Shown in pieces: positions 63,224-64,000 of a stretch of DNA of 64,000 bases. Source of the DNA: an uncultured Chloroflexia bacterium. Its GTDB lineage: Bacteria > Chloroflexota > Anaerolineae > CG2-30-64-16. The stretch's first letter is position 1. Each line of letters opens with the position of its first letter. Below the pieces are notes generated by a model that had not been told where the DNA came from, ran no database searches, and worked only from the letters and a program-made list of their open reading frames with translations. Made by a program: the position numbers and the translations under genes. The stretch lies in the NCBI GenBank assembly GCA_963774265.1, contig CAVZDU010000002.1:224001-288000 (forward strand). Reading direction: 5' to 3'.

Positions 63224-63817
63224 ATGGAAATCAGAATTGAGCTCTCGGACGAACAAATGCGGCGCCTTGGGCGTTGCCTTCGTGAAGCTCGATCGAATAG
63301 CCTGGAGGAAGCAGCGGTTGAGTTTGCCACGCTCGCAACTACGGCGTGGATTGACTGGCTGAGCGGTTATGTGCGGTATTACAGCCTCACGGAACAGTAT
63401 GCCGACTGGATCGAGGATATCTATGCCCGGCTCTTGCCCGAATCTGAGCCGCCTAGCACCGACCGGCTATACAACTCGTTCAACATCCCTTATGGTCAGG
63501 CCCAATATATCCAACGCATGCTGAACAACAAAATGCTAACCAAATGGCGTGCGCGTGCCGTTGAGGAGCTGAAGGCGGCCATGGAATTCCGTCTGCATGA
63601 GGCAGGGGAGTGGGTTCGCACAGGCAGAGGTGATGACAGCGTTGAGATCATCGTAAGCCGGCTCGCATATTTGGAGCTGAAGAGTGCTTGGGAGCGGCTC
63701 TTTCAGCAAGACCCCAATCAAGTCCCCTTCCCCAAAGTCCAGACGGCCGGGAATCTGTGCTCCATCCGCATTCCAGCCCTCTTCTTCGCGACCTTGTATG
63801 ACTCCGTCAAGCCTTGA
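63224..63817 (+). CDS. Hypothetical protein, possibly with DNA-binding folds
   Basis: Starts 7 nt after the upstream stop; RHH-like N-terminus and an HTH-like segment PSTDRLYNSFNIPYGQAQYIQRML (weak). Confidence 0.7.
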   Translation: MEIRIELSDEQMRRLGRCLREARSNSLEEAAVEFATLATTAWIDWLSGYVRYYSLTEQYADWIEDIYARLLPESEPPSTDRLYNSFNIPYGQAQYIQRMLNNKMLTKWRARAVEELKAAMEFRLHEAGEWVRTGRGDDSVEIIVSRLAYLELKSAWERLFQQDPNQVPFPKVQTAGNLCSIRIPALFFATLYDSVKP

Positions 63818-63840
63818 CGGGAAAAAGGCGAGGTATACCA

Positions 63841-64000
63841 ATGGCTCAACCCGACGATGCGCTGTCCGTGATCGGTTATTTTCTTACACTGGTGGGACTT
63901 CTGGGCTCCTTCTTTTACATGCACCTGGGCGATTGGTATCGTCAAGTGCTGGCCCTTGAGGTCAAATGGGAAATCAACAGGACGGGTGACGACCCTGAGT
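63841..64000 (+). CDS. Hypothetical membrane protein, 5' part only
   Basis: GAGG RBS; MAQPDDALSVIGYFLTLVGLLGSFFYMHLGDWY... open to the window end. Confidence 0.65.
   Translation, partial: MAQPDDALSVIGYFLTLVGLLGSFFYMHLGDWYRQVLALEVKWEINRTGDDPE

Larger units (their letters stand above)
54767..64000. mobile_element. Probable accessory region / genomic island adjacent to tRNA-Lys (right end and any integrase not in the window)
   Basis: Begins right after the tRNA. Gene remnants, a toxin-antitoxin relic and hypothetical genes; visibly more AT-rich from about 57.3 kb (not computed). Confidence 0.5.

Noticed and set aside
1-64000. CRISPR array, cas genes, rRNA, intact transposase or integrase
   Set aside because: No regularly spaced repeats or diagnostic motifs were seen on either strand.

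Overview
GC-rich bacterial chromosome segment, probably Chloroflexota (Anaerolineae-like). That assignment is inferred from a C-terminal 'VFLPLVWK' sorting-type motif, a DUF5679-like micro-protein and the gene repertoire. Positions 1-54.7 kb are housekeeping genes: glnE with an ACT domain, bacterioferritin, glnS, modBC, a class-V aminotransferase/serA/DUF1015 cluster, a tandem 5'-nucleotidase, an extended suf operon, a GlyA-GcvT fusion, typA, an Fpg/Nei glycosylase, gcvH-PA-PB under a tandem glycine riboswitch, panE, scpA, and a GAF-PP2C / kinase-STAND-TPR / RNase II operon. After tRNA-Lys(CTT) at 54694-54766 an accessory, island-like region begins. It contains gene remnants, an orphan DUF433 antitoxin, a DksA/TraR gene, and the most unusual locus: an operon in which a multi-GAF NarX-type histidine kinase is followed by a receiver domain fused to a PD-(D/E)xK restriction-endonuclease-like domain and by a paralogous REC-LuxR regulator. 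Eight single-base frameshifts, each explicable as one extra base, interrupt otherwise intact genes and are most likely sequencing errors. All family calls come from motif recognition by eye; no database searches were run.
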